The position numbers and the translations under genes are program-made. A DNA stretch of 49,272 nt from Klebsormidium nitens (taxonomy: Eukaryota; Plantae; Klebsormidiophyceae). Shown one piece after another: positions 10,101 to 22,800 of this stretch. The stretch spans positions 1-49,272 of the forward strand of contig DF237578.1 in the NCBI GenBank assembly GCA_000708835.1, read 5' to 3'. Each line of letters starts with the position of its first letter. Positions within the stretch are counted from its first letter, which is position 1. The notes beneath the pieces are model-generated. The model did no database searches. It saw only the letters and a program-made list of their open reading frames with translations, and was not told where the DNA came from.

Positions 10101-12421
10101 GCCACACTGCTCTCCATCGCCGCTTTCTCCTTCTTTGCCTTCTTCTTACTGCTCTTGCTCTGCTTAGGCTCCGCCTCCTTCGCCAGTAGCACTACACTTT
10201 CCCCCTTCTCAGCCGCCTGCGTCTTCCCCTCATCTGCTGCCCCTCTCAACTTCTCCGCTGCCTCCTTTGCTTCCTTCACTGCCCTGGCCCTCTCCTTCTC
10301 CTTCAACTCTAGGCTCTTGCGTCGCCCCTCCTCCTCTTTCTTTTTCTTCTCCTCCTCTTTCTGGCGCTGCTTCTCCTTCCGCTTCTCCTCCCTCTCTCGT
10401 TGCTCCTTCTCTCGCAGGGCCTGCTCCTCTTGCTCCTTCTCAACCCTCTTCCGCTCCTTCTCGAGATCCAGCTGCTTCTTCAGCTCCTTCTTCTTCTGCT
10501 TCCGCTCCCTGTAGAAACCCTTTGCATTTCAGTTTGTAAGGTCAACTCAAACCAGACTGCAAGAACCGGGTTGTGATCGAAACTGCAGCTGCCTTGAATC
10601 TACGATCAAATGCATAAATTCCCCGGGTTGTCAGGTAGAAATTGCAAACTGACAACAAGGGGATTGCTCTAAAATTAGCAGTCCACCGTGCACACAGATC
10701 AGCAACCTGCTCATTAGGGTTTCCTGCAGACTTAATCTAAATTGGCATGCAGGATATTTCTCATGGTGTTGGACACCAAGCACGCAATTAGCAAGATCAG
10801 CAGTGTTCTAAAAGGGGGAACATCCTCCATCAAGCACTCGGCCTCCCACGAAAGCTCAAGGGTCAACTTGCCTTTCCGGTTGAATCAGATTATGACCTGG
10901 TTAAGGGAACAGAGTCCAACAAGTCCTTGACAAAACTCTCCTGCCCGGCAATTGCCCCAACAAGACAGCACCAAGTTGTTAATTTTACAATGAGAGAGCA
11001 AACCCCTCACCTCTCTTTCCGAGCCTTGTTCTCCCTTCTCTCCGCCTGCAGCTTCTCCTCCTCTTCCTCCTCCTGCATCAGCTGCTCTTGCTTCTCAAGC
11101 GCCACTTTCTCTCTGTAGGCCGCAAGCACGCGCTGCTCAAACATCTTAGCCGCGAACATCTGAAACATTCGGCGCCCCTCCTCGATTCTCTGCTCCTCCA
11201 GCAACTCCTCGTCCTCTTCCTGGTAGTTCTCATCATCGTACTCCCCTTCCTGTTCCCCATAACCGTACTGGTCGGGCATCGGCTCATACCCATTCTGCGC
11301 ACGGCCGTCTGCGAGCTTCTCCATGAGGGAAAAGAACTTGCGGCCATCATCCATGAGGAGATCATCGGCCACTGTAAGGACGCCTCCCTCCACAGCTGCA
11401 GGTTGAAGAGTGGAATTGTCAGGGTGACCCGTCAATAGTCAGAACTTGCAGAAAAGGCTTGATTTTAGTAGAAAACCGCAGACTTGGGAAGCGCAAAAAT
11501 CCAAACTGGGACACACTTTCTCGAACAAGATCAGTCACCTGGACTTTGAAAAGATCGTCCTCTGCAACCAACATCACGGGCCACGGGCGAAATTTTGCTT
11601 TGGTCGGAATGAGATCAAGTGCTCAGACTATCTGGCCTCCTTTTCTGATGATAATGGTCCATACTACAGCAGTTGCAAAGGGATTGCCACAATTCAGCAG
11701 CGCAGACCACAGAATTCAAAGATCAAGCAATTCTGTAGAGAAATCTCACAATTGCATACTGCAAAAGGATGAAAAAGACTGATCCATCCTTAGCTTGATC
11801 GGCAGCCAGTCTTCCTCACAATTGGCCAAACTGTCAGCCCTCAGCTTCTCTCGTTGCGAAGACAGCTACAAACTGCAATTGGGGGATTGCTCTCGAGCTG
11901 GTGAATGATTTACCTTTCAGACTCAAGGACAGATCAACCTCGTCAGACTGATAGTCAATCATCTCAATATCGATCTCCCCAGAGTCCCCTCGATCCTCCA
12001 ATTCCGAGTAGTAAGCATCGTACAGCAGCTCCAGCTCCTCCTCCAAAACGGTCCTTCTCCTGCCACACACGCTGCAGGAACATATGTGTCGCTGCTGCTC
12101 CCTCATCTCCCGCAGGATGGACTCCTTCTCAATCCTAAGCAGCGACTGCCGCTGACTGTCGCCCAGCCCCAGCCAGAACTCCTTGAGCTTCTCCCGCTCC
12201 TTCGTCTCGCTCTCATCCCAGATGCCCCCCAGCTTCTTCTTCTTCTTAGTCCTGCCGTCGTCGTGCCACCCATTGTTGTGGCCATTACTCCTATCTCCGT
12301 TCCTGTACCTCGGCGGGTTTGGCCCAGGGTAACAGTAGCAGGACATGCTTCTGCACTCTGCAGCATGATCCTCATGATCATCACAACACGTGTGGTAATG
12401 CGGTTCGCTGCTGGAGCACAT
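7158..12421 (-). CDS. NST1-domain (stress response / salt tolerance down-regulator-like) protein with coiled coil, long Pro/Gly-rich IDR and C3HC4 RING finger; 4 exons, ~1235 aa
   Basis: Exons 12421-11914, 11395-11011, 10508-9950, 9413-7158 (3708 nt, phases 1/2/0 consistent). NST1-type motifs: IWDESETKEREKLKEFWLGL...EKESILREMREQQRHICSCSVCGRRRTVLEEELELLYDAYY, GGVLTVADDLLMDDGRKFF, EEQRIEEGRRMFQMFAAKMFEQRVLAAYREKVA. RING CLLC-x11-CLHLTCVGC-x13-CPFC at about 7871-7746. The start codon and last intron boundaries are less certain. Confidence 0.85.
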
Positions 12422-12940
12422 TTTGCTTCACTTAAACAGGCCTGACTTGCATACTACAGCAGGAGCCAATCTCACAGAGCAATGCACCAATGTTTGTAAG
12501 CAACATCATAACACGCCAAGGCGTTGCAGCGAGGGCACATATGAGCACAATTCTCTGCAGCTGGCACAGAAGTTGTCTCACATAGAGAGAAAGATGAGCG
12601 GGCGCCCCGTGCGTTTCAAACCTGGGGTGTAGTAGGAGCTGAGGATCAAAATGGGGGCCCTAAATTCGGACAGGAAGCAAGGAGGAAGGGGGAGATCCCG
12701 AACTGTCCTAGTCAGTTTCGCGTTCAAGTTTGATCCGATTGAGACTCGTTCACACCAACGGTTGAACTGCCTCATGAAGGTAGTGTGAACTGGCTCCATT
12801 GCAGTCGCCCGCGCCAAAAAGTGGCCCTTCTGATTGGCCGCCCCGGAGTTCGTTCCCGGCAGATATTTGCGTTAGCAAAGTTCGTTACCAAGCTGGTTTC
12901 TCTTGCCCGGATCATCGCCCCGGGATCCGAGATTAGCTGG

Positions 12941-13677
12941 TTAAGGTGGTAGGACGGTAATTCAGGTTGGATTGACCCTGGTTTACGTTCTGGTTCATAG
13001 AATGTTCAAAACTAAACCAAATCAGGTTTCGTCTTCTCCAATGGCTTCGAGACACCCTCGGGGTCCTCTCGAAGCTCCTCTAACCACCTCGAAGTAGTTT
13101 GGGTCAGTCTGAGAAACCCTGCCAACTCCAAACAACCTGGTTCAAAGGGGTATTTCCATTGGATTTTCTGCCTGTCAACTGCCACGATAAATTTCCTTCG
13201 GGGCAAGCTGGTATGTCAAAAACATTTTTCCAAAAAAAATCTGACGGAAATGTGCACCGCCAGGGGAACATACCTGGTCAACAACCTGAGAAAAAACCAT
13301 TTTGAGCATATAAGCTGGGAGTTTTGACCATTAACGGTGCACATTTTCGTCAATAATTGTGATTTAACCGTTCGATAGACATCCCAGCTTGCCCCGATTC
13401 AGTTTTAGGGGGGTCAATGAGAATTCTATCATTTCGTTTTTCTGACGGCCAAGGGTTCATGTAGGGGGGTAAATGTTCAAACTTCCTCAACTTCAGACTT
13501 TCCTCGACAAGTCGTCAGTGAGTTCGAGGTGGTCCCAGAGTGCTCGAGGGGGCCTCCTTGGTCCCCCCCGAAAGATGCAAAAGACGGGACTCGATTTGAC
13601 CACGTTATGACCAAGTTACGCCCCTTCAAACCCTAGACACCCTCTTTTCTGGCTGAATTACCGTCCTACCACCTTAA
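12941..13677. mobile_element. Non-autonomous DNA transposon (MITE-like) with 25-bp perfect terminal inverted repeats including TTAA ends
   Basis: ttaaggtggtaggacggtaattcag (12941-12965) is the exact reverse complement of ctgaattaccgtcctaccaccttaa (13653-13677). There is no recognisable transposase ORF inside. Confidence 0.8.
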
Positions 13678-14430
13678 GATGAACTGTTATTAACCAGCTC
13701 AACGCAGGCTATGGCAGAAAGTTGACATATACGGTATTGATGTATTACCAAAATCGGGTTTGGATTGACCACGACCCGCCTATTCATAGGCCGTTCCACC
13801 GAGGACAATGGTAACGGTGCGTTACCTTATTTGGGCAGTGACGGATGGCGCGCGGAATTTCCGGGTGACGGTCGCGAGTCTAGTCGCGACCCCATGCCGT
13901 TTGCACTGCGGAAGATCGGATCCGTCGCCACGCCATGGCGCCTGAGTAAATTATACTATGCAGCTGCTACCTTCTGAGCCTGGCCTCAACAAAGATGAAC
14001 TCCAGCTCAGAAGCTAAACCACGATTCAAACTCCTCGACCAGCTCTCGTGGTATGCAAATGCAGGAAGGCTCCCTGGCTTCAATAGCAGTTGTTTGATTA
14101 ATTGCATTGAACATCAAGAACCATTCGGGATGGTCAGAGTCCGTCGGCGCCTTCTCGAGCTGCTGGCGTGATGGGTAGTTGTCATTTTAAAAAGGGGGGT
14201 GCAATCGAGTTCATTATTTTCATTTTCACTTGAAACAGATCACTAAAGAAGGGGCATTGTATAGGATTCCCGAATTGCATTTGATCATTTGTGCACTGGG
14301 GGGTGGTCAAGTGCCTTTCTTCCAAGCATCTATAAAGTTTGGTTAGGTGCACCAGAAATTTAAGTAAAGACTAGAAAGAGATTTGTGATTCATTCAGAAT
14401 CAGGACTGCTTCGGCGCAGATTCTCTGAAC

Positions 14431-17400
14431 ATGGCGGGCTGCGCCATCGACCATACTGACCCGGGGGGTATCAAGTGTGAAGCGGTACCAACCATCTGGT
14501 CCTCATTCGTTGATGCCTTCGTCGATGCCTCAGCGATGGGCTCTGTCGGAAAGCGCAACTTGAGGGGGCTTCCTGCTTCCAAGTGAGTGACCTCTTTAAA
14601 GATCAGCAAGCCCTGGCAAAGTTGAGCAATTTCATGACAGGCGTGTTCGCTTTTTGGTTGTTTCTATCCCTGGCGCTGTATATTCTGCTGCGACAAACAC
14701 TGTTTCAGACTGGCCTTGCAACTTTGGAGTTGAAGTCTTGGACAAGTGAAGAGTTCCAATCAAGTCATCAGCGATGAAATTTTTTGAGCTACACGCTTTT
14801 CTGCATGCAAAGTGGACATCTGAGAAGAAGATTGATCATGACCAAATTAAAAATGTGAAGCAATTCGCAAAATCTGCTGGCATGCAAGCTTTCAATGATA
14901 GAGTTGAGGCTGACTAATGCTCATCTAGACACATGACTCAGGCCATAAAGTTGCCCTGTACTCCTTTCTTACAACAAACCACCATTGGAAACAAAGCCCC
15001 TCTCTTAATTCCGTCGCACCTAGTTGTCTACATGGTGGGAGGACGAGGCAATCAATCAGCTCTTCTTATCGCTAAGCCCGGCGTATTCCTTTCATATTCT
15101 TCTTACTCTGGAATCGCAAAAAATCTCATATGAAAACAATCATTCCTTTCATATTCTTCTTATTCTGGATCGTAAAAGATCTTATATGAAAACAATCGAG
15201 AAGCTTTTGAGCGACAGACTCTATTGTCCGCAGGTTGCCAGCTCCGGAGCGTCTGGTTGCGATCGGTGACCTTCACGGCGACCTGCGAAAGGCGCGCCGG
15301 GCGTTCCGTTTGGCGGGGGTGGTCGACGAGAAGGACCGCTGGATCGGAGGCAAGACGGTGGTAGTTCAGGTCAGCAGTTTCTGGCCTCCACAGCTTTCAT
15401 TTTGTAGTAAGAGTCTGATGTTGTTGACTGATCTCTGCAAAGCGCTCTTTGAGAAGAGGGATAGTCTCATCTGCGTTGGGGTCTTTTTCACTGGTCTATT
15501 CTGTCGCCTGGCGGGTTCGGTGACGATGCGTACACTTGCTTTTGTCAAGAAAAGGAAAAGCTGTTGGAGTGGAATCTATCAACCAGCCAATTGGAGAGTT
15601 GGTTTAGCCTCAACCAAAAGAAAGATGGTTTTTTTCCATTTCGAAAATCGCTTTGAGAGAGTCAGCTTGTTTTTATGACAAGCTGACTCTCGCCAAGTAT
15701 CGCGAACGCGACCACATGTTGTCCTTCGTATTTATCGGATCCAAATTCTGATTCGTCTCACATACCAGTGTCAAGTACTCTACTGCCAAATCTCCGGCTG
15801 ACAATTGAAGATGATTTCGCAGGTAGGGGACGTTCTCGACCGGGGGGACCAAGAGCTCCAGATCTTCCATATGTTGGAGCGGTTGCAACACCAGGCGCGG
15901 AAAGCGGGGGGCGACGTCCACGTGTTAAACGGAAACCACGAAACGATCAATGTCGAGGGGCGTTTCACATACGCAACGCCAGGGTCCAAGTCACAGTTCG
16001 ATCGGTGAGGGTCGTACTTTGCTTGTGCATCTCAATAGACACAGTTCTGCTTTCAGAGAGCGCCTCTGCCTGTAGATCAGCCTCCTTGCGACCAACCAGA
16101 TCTCCTCCTACAGGCGTGTGTTGTATGAGTTTGTGCTGACGCAACCGTCTTGTTCGTGTGAGAGGGGAGGAGGCAGCAAGCAGTGAGACGCGTAGATGGA
16201 GCTCCTCGGTATGAAACTGGAGATTTCCCTGCTCTTTCGGTCCATGCTTCATTTCCCCTTCATTTTGCCCAGCTAGCAGGTATTTCAAATTGTAATCCTC
16301 CCATCGAAGAAAGATGCGAGTTGTGATCCTAAAAAGTAGAATGGCCAACCTCTTGCAGCGGCGTTTAGCCAAGCGACTCGCTCGAAGTTGGCTCAACCGG
16401 ATGTCAAGCGCTTTCAGAGAGGGACCAATGGGCCGTAGATTTTCACTTTGGTTGGGGTTTGAGCAGCTTTTGCGTTTACCATAGTCGAGCCCCAATCAGC
16501 CGTCAGCCCGCCACCTCTGACTTTGTGCTTTTATGTCGCAACCAGGCTCGTAACCAGACTCTTAATCGGATTCTATTCTTTTCGCAGATGGATGGCGTGG
16601 CACGAGGTAGGCAAGAAACTAAAGAAGAAGTGTCGAGGGGCTCTTGTAGAGCGGAACGACTCTTCCCCAATCGTGAGTGCACGCTGGCCGCTTCTCCGGG
16701 ATGAGTTACTAACTGGAGTGGACTTCTCCTTTGGTTTTCAGATTCTGCTGAGCGTCCCACTGCTGTGAGTGGTCGTTGAGTCTGTACGGGAATCAGTGGT
16801 ATGTTCGCTCACATAAAAGGAAGGAGAGAACCGTCCCCCTCAGTAGTGTACTGGAAGCTAAAGCCGATTCGAGACCCCGCTTCTCGAGCTGGAGCCACTC
16901 TCGAGGCGACTGAATGGCGGGCAATCATCTGTGACCGGTCGCTGGCGAACGGGTTCAGTCCGGTCACACCGTAGAAGCAGAACCGCTCATTTGATTGCTT
17001 GTCAAGGGGCCGTCCTGGATTCTGTGAACATCAACCTATGAGAGTTTCATTTGTTTGTGCAGTTCCCTCCCCACGTACCCCCCCATTTCAAAAGCCGCTA
17101 CGCGGCCTTGCGGCCGGGGGGTCCCGCCTCCACTCGTTTCTTCGGGACGAACCCGACCGTGCTGCAGGTCGGGAGTACGGTGTTTGTGCACGGGGGGCTT
17201 CTGCCGGGGCACGTCGACTACGGCCTTGATCGAATAAGTGAGCAATCTCAAGCGGTTTTGAGGTCTTAAATTGGTGCGGAATTCTGCAGAACTCGAGTAT
17301 CTTGTGCGTGGTCATGTCAATCTCGCACTCCAGGCGTGAAGTAGGCACTCGGTTGGTTTATAGAAACCTACTTATAAACCGATGCTTCGTCTCTCGAAGC

Positions 17401-18736
17401 ACGTGAAAAGAATTAACAGCAGAGTGTCGTGGAAAAGCTTCGCAAGAGACTTCATGCTTCAAAGTCTACTACCAGCTTCTCTTCTTTTCTCTTAAGTTTG
17501 AAACAGCTTAGTTGGACTTGCGAAACTTTTGTCGCAAGATCGGGCCGTAAAGCAAAGTTCAATCTTAAGCAGCATCTTCTGTCGTCACAATCCAGTAGCC
17601 CGCAGATTACTTGGGGTTATTTTAACCTGGCTTCAACCATCGCTGTCCGTGCATTTGGTTGGTTGATTCCTCAATCTTTTCCAAAACGTTCTTCTTATTT
17701 CGGATTTCAAACCTTTAAACAGGCGAACGCTGAATTAGCGAGCTGGCTGTCAGCTCTGGCTGGCAGGATCTATCGTTGAGCCCGCTCCAGCCAAGTTCGA
17801 TTTGCGCATCGTAAAAACCCCAGAACGGGAAGCGCACAACGGGCATTCAAGCGTTTACCGCTGACTTTGCTAACCCGTTTTTCTTGACTCACGTTTGTAG
17901 ATAATAGTGACTGCCCACTTTGTTAACCCGTTTCCTTGACCCGTGTGTCGCAGATAAGGAGACGTCGGAGTGGATCCAGGGCAAGAGCGGCCCCCAGGGC
18001 CCCGCCTTCACCCGGGGTCGCAACGCCGTCGTGTGGCTGCGCGAGTTTTCGCTGCCCAAAGTAGAACCGGATTGCCGCCTGCTACAGGAGGTGCTCGGGA
18101 AGATTCCCGGAGCCGAGCGAATGGTACGTCCCTGCAACGGAGCTTCTTCGTATCTTGCTCCAGTCGCTTCCTCGCATGCCCTTTGAGGACTTGTTCCAAG
18201 TTTTTTGTCGCTTTACCGAACAGAAATCAGGTTGTGGATCGATGTCCGTTGAGATCTACGGTTGAAACCAACTATGAGACTCTGAGACAGGGATGCCTGC
18301 ACGAGCCTTTCGGTTAGTGGATTCTTGAGGTTCTCAAAGCCGAGGCGGAGCATTGTGGAGGCAAGCTTTCTCGAAACGCAGCGGTGTAGGAGGCCTTCGC
18401 GCTCTCCTGTGAATCGCAGCCTTTGGTTTCGTTTGAGAATGACGTTTTTTGTGCATAATTTTGCAGGTTGTAGGGCACACCATACAGTTCCCGCTTGGCG
18501 TGACCGGCGCCTGTAACAATCGGGTTATCCGAGTGGACGTCGGCATGTCTTCAGGCTGCTATGACGCGCAGCCCGAAGTTATTGAGATTCGTAACGACGA
18601 GGAAGTAAGGATTCTCAGTGAAGAGCGTAAGCCTGAGCTGTTGGATAGTTCGAGTAGAAAGGGAGGCGTCCAGAAGGCAAATGCAGAGAAGCGGACGTTT
18701 ATGGACATTGTTCGGGAGAGCATGCGGACTGCATAA
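14431..18736 (+). CDS. SLP2: Shewanella-like PPP-family protein phosphatase, SLP2 type; 7 exons, ~389 aa
   Basis: Exons 14431-14582, 15234-15369, 15823-16004, 16588-16672, 17063-17237, 17954-18123, 18467-18736 (1170 nt in frame). Metallophosphoesterase motifs GDLHGD, GDVLDRG, GNHE, FVHGG, VGHT and IRVDVGMS. The N-terminal CEAVPTIWSSFVDAFVD resembles the plant SLP2 N-terminus as I recall it. Confidence 0.92.
15085..15197 (+). repeat. Two tandem ~57-bp AT-rich copies in SLP2 intron 1
   Basis: attcctttcatattcttcttactctggaatcgcaaaaaatctcatatgaaaacaatc is followed by attcctttcatattcttcttattctggatcgtaaaagatcttatatgaaaacaatc. Confidence 0.85.
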
Positions 18737-19889
18737 GAGCTCGAATGCAACGACATGCAGCGGCATGTCCACCGAGCTGATCTCCTGAGGTGAAAATCTG
18801 CGGTTAAAAGCGAATGGCGGAATAAAACTTAATGTTTGCTACGCTTACTTACGCTGCTGTCTGAAAAGTACGGTAAGGTTAGGCCGAACAAATGGTTTAC
18901 TTGGCGTGTTGGCCGGCTTGGCTGCCGCGTTCTTCATTCGGGAGGCCCTGGGGCATCGTGCACGCTTGTTTGGAGATTTCCGGACAATTTGAATCATGTA
19001 ACGCTCGAAGGTATCATTGGGTGCAGTTGCCGCACTTACTAGCATTTCTCTGCGATTGAGCGTACAGTTGCATGAAGCTTATAATGAACCGGGTACTTAT
19101 ACAGTCTATAGAAGCAATGTAATTACGCGTTCAATCAGCATCATAATCATGCACGCCTAATCACCGTGCAGTGCAATGATGTAGGCAGTCCGCATGCAGT
19201 GTAGCTGTAGTATATAATTGAAAGCGTTGCATCCGGATCCGGACCCTAATTTACAACCATATGAGTGTCCGACTACACAGTACGTTCCTAGCTTACGTAC
19301 CGGGGACCGCACCATGCATGTTGCACTAGTGCGCGCAAACAGGGCCGCCTCGTGGACATTTCGATTCCGACATGTCGAGAGTGTCGGAACTTACACATGT
19401 GAGATCGATCGATAAGATTCAAACGGCTCTGCATTCGACACTTATTGCCATATTCATGCTACTTATGTACTAATCCGGTCCAACATTTGGCTTGCGCATG
19501 CATGCTGACTGCATGCAGGCAATATATCTCGATCTCAGGCTCAACTTGTCAGTTGGGTTTGGCAGTCTTTCATTTGTCAAAACCAGGATGCTCCGGCTTC
19601 CTCAATTCCAAAGTACTTAGCGTTTGAAAGCAGTAACACACAGTGTCACGTATCTGTCGCGTGTTCAACACACGCCGGTTGAGTGGCAAAGAAGGCTGCT
19701 GGAAAAATAGGCTCCTGCAACGGCCTTTCGATCAAAAGAGGGAATCCCATTGATTTAATACTGTGACAGGGGGTCAAAGCATACCATCAGCTGCGAGGAG
19801 ATAGGCAATCCTGATGATTAGTCCTTGGTGAACGACTAGTTCGCGAAAATGGCCGCACCGATTGAGTCCCGGTTAGTTAGTTGCTTGCG

Positions 19890-22800
19890 TCAACCCCCTG
19901 GTCCTATCTGCGCCAACTCGCGGAGCGACGGGGCGAGCAAGTCAACCAGCCCCTTCGGATTATCCATATGTACCCAATGCCCTGCGTTTGGCAGTACATG
20001 CATTCTCAGCTTGCCGTCTCCTTTTCGCTTTCCTTTTGATTCCTTCACTATCGCTTCTAACTCCGAGAGGATTTCAGGCGTCCACCGGTCGCTCTTGGCT
20101 GCTTGAACGATGTCGACATTCATGCCTGCACGGTCAGAAATTTGCCTTGCATCAAACCCCGCCGAGAATGATGACCCTGGTGTGTCAACGAACGGAGTGT
20201 CTATGTTGGATTTGTCCCCCGAGAATTCATGGTAGGATTGCAAGGGAGCCTACTTAGCATGAGGATTTACATGAGCTGCTCTCGTTTGTGGCACGGGACT
20301 CCCAACTCAGATCCGCACCAGAATCACACTGAGTCGCGTGGTTGAAAAACGCGATTTCAAGCTGAGCGTTCACAACAAAAGTATCGAAGCCCGGGTATGC
20401 GAGCATGCGACCACAAAGCGACGTACGGTGATCCCACATTGTCCAACCATCTAGCTCCTCCAATTTTGCAGCATCGGAGCACATCCGTTGATGCTCCACA
20501 ACGTCAATCCGGCAGATGCTCCGTTTACCTAAGCTGTTGTCGTTGATATTTCACAAAACCAATCTGGCAGATGCCCCTTTCGCCTGAGCTTTCATCCGTG
20601 AAACCGCTGCTCATGTTTTGAGTATGCTCGAGTCAAGCGTTGACGTACTTACCTTCCGGCAGGTCTCGTAGAAAGGGAATATACGTCGCGTCCCTGCACC
20701 AGAAAGAGCCCAAGAAATTTGAGCCCGAGACTTGAGGTTGCTGGTACTCGAGACTCTGATTCTCAGTGAGGAATGTCAAACCAAAAGCCTCGTATCAATT
20801 ACGAGGTTCATGGAGTAATGTGTACACTCGAGAGGGCGGCAACGAAGTTCCGTGCGCTGCGACCTGACGTTTTGCAGGTAGTCTGTGCAGGTGCATCGTC
20901 ATTTTGCCCTCTCTGTTTCATTCCTCCTCTCCGTCCTTATGATGCTGTGAAATTGGCAAATTTTCTGAGGAACGGTGCCGAGGCAGCCTTGTGTTTTTTA
21001 TCGTCAGCAAGATCTGACGGCACTTCTTTTTATCAGCGTGACTCAAGAAGCTCTGGTCGTGGGGAAAAGAGCGGATCTGATGAAAACAATCTAACGGAAA
21101 GCCTCCTCTGGTTCCAGGTTGAAAACCAGCACAGCCGGCCTTGAAGCCTCTTTACAAACCAAAGTTCCGTGTCAACATCCACGAGGTCGCCAAAACGGTT
21201 TATTTTCTGGCACTTGATCCAATTTGTTTTTTCGTAAGAAAAAATTGTGAGAAGTGTCGCCATGCTACCCTCCTTGTAAATCTACAAACAGTCAGTATTA
21301 CCAAACCGTCGGCTCCGCCCGGCCGCAGATACATGAACCGGGTGAAAAGAACTCTGGTAATTTTAATTTGATTTGAGAGGATTGCACACCAAATAAGCGC
21401 CTGGGAAACGGGTAGGGCTAGGGTGGTGGTTAGGGTAGGTTTGGGTGCAGAGAGCGTGAATCGTTAGGTTAAGGGTTTTGATTCGAAGTACCCGGGAGAC
21501 TCGAATCTCGAGTAGTTTGCTTCTGAAGATATAGCGAGTTATACAGTATCGTAAAAGACTCTCATAGCGGCAGTCACTATTTTTCCTATCATCAGAATCC
21601 TTTCGATTAGAAACCGGTTTGTCACATCCTTTCTCGACATCACACGTCCAGACGTCCTCGCCTACGTGAAAGCCAAGAAAGATAAGAACAAGCCGAGACA
21701 GTGATAAGGCCCGACGAACACTAAACCCCTACCGACGTTCACCTGCTCCGCACCCGTACCCACCCTACACCCCCAGCCTAAACATTCCATCTCTGTACGA
21801 ATACCTTGTCATTGGTTTAGCTTATCTTTTCTTTCTCGATTTCGATCTCGCCCACCTGTACGAGTCGTACATCTCCTGCGCACCAGCCGGGTTGAAAACC
21901 AGCTCCGACTCGTCCCCCCTCCCGGGCAGCCGCTTCAGGTTGCTGCCCATCCACTCCGACAGGCCCGGGGAGAAGCCCCGGTCTTTCATCCGCTCTACTA
22001 GCCATCTGCGTCAGAAGGCATCGGGGTCGGCGTCGAGGTGAAAGCAATAACGAGTGTTCGATAGGAATTCTCTGCTGGCGTGCTCGTCAAGATCGCCCGA
22101 TCAAAATCACCCGGTCAAGATCACGGTGATCAACCGGCAAAGCAGTTTAGCAGCTGAAGGCGACCTTGGATGTCTTGCGAACGTCTGTCCAACGACGTGA
22201 CTTCAAACACGCACATGTCAGCAACGAGTCATACACCATCTCAATCGCTGCGTGTCCATTATGACCGAAAAGCTTGGCTTCACATGCCAGCTCTGTGAAA
22301 AAAGATCATGTGGCCGAGGTTTTCGAAGTACCGAAACGGCGATCCGTGGAAGCGACGCATGAAAATACCAGGGGAAAGCGCATCCTTTCAGTCCTCACAG
22401 CAGCTGCTGTGCCGGCAAAGAAAGGCCGAGTCAACTTTCATCACCCCTTGAGCTTTCAAAAAGTTCGAAGCTCTGAGGTGCGAAACTGTGGGAGAAGCTA
22501 AGTCCTTCGGTAAAGTGGGATAACGAAGTATTGGCTCGTGCTCACTTTCTCGACGGGATAACCTCCGGCAGAGAGTGCAGCTCATCCAGGACCCGCTCGA
22601 CGTCACCCTTGGCGTCATCTGACGGAACGGCGCCCGGAACGGAATCGAGCACCCAAACCTGAGAGTGAGCAGAATGTTCAGATCGCCCTACGAATGCGTT
22701 ATGAACACCCTGTATATATCCGTACGTTGATAGGAGGCGAGTATACCGCAGGAAATTACGTACTCAACAGGAGATAGAAAGGGGAAACAGAGTACTCTAC

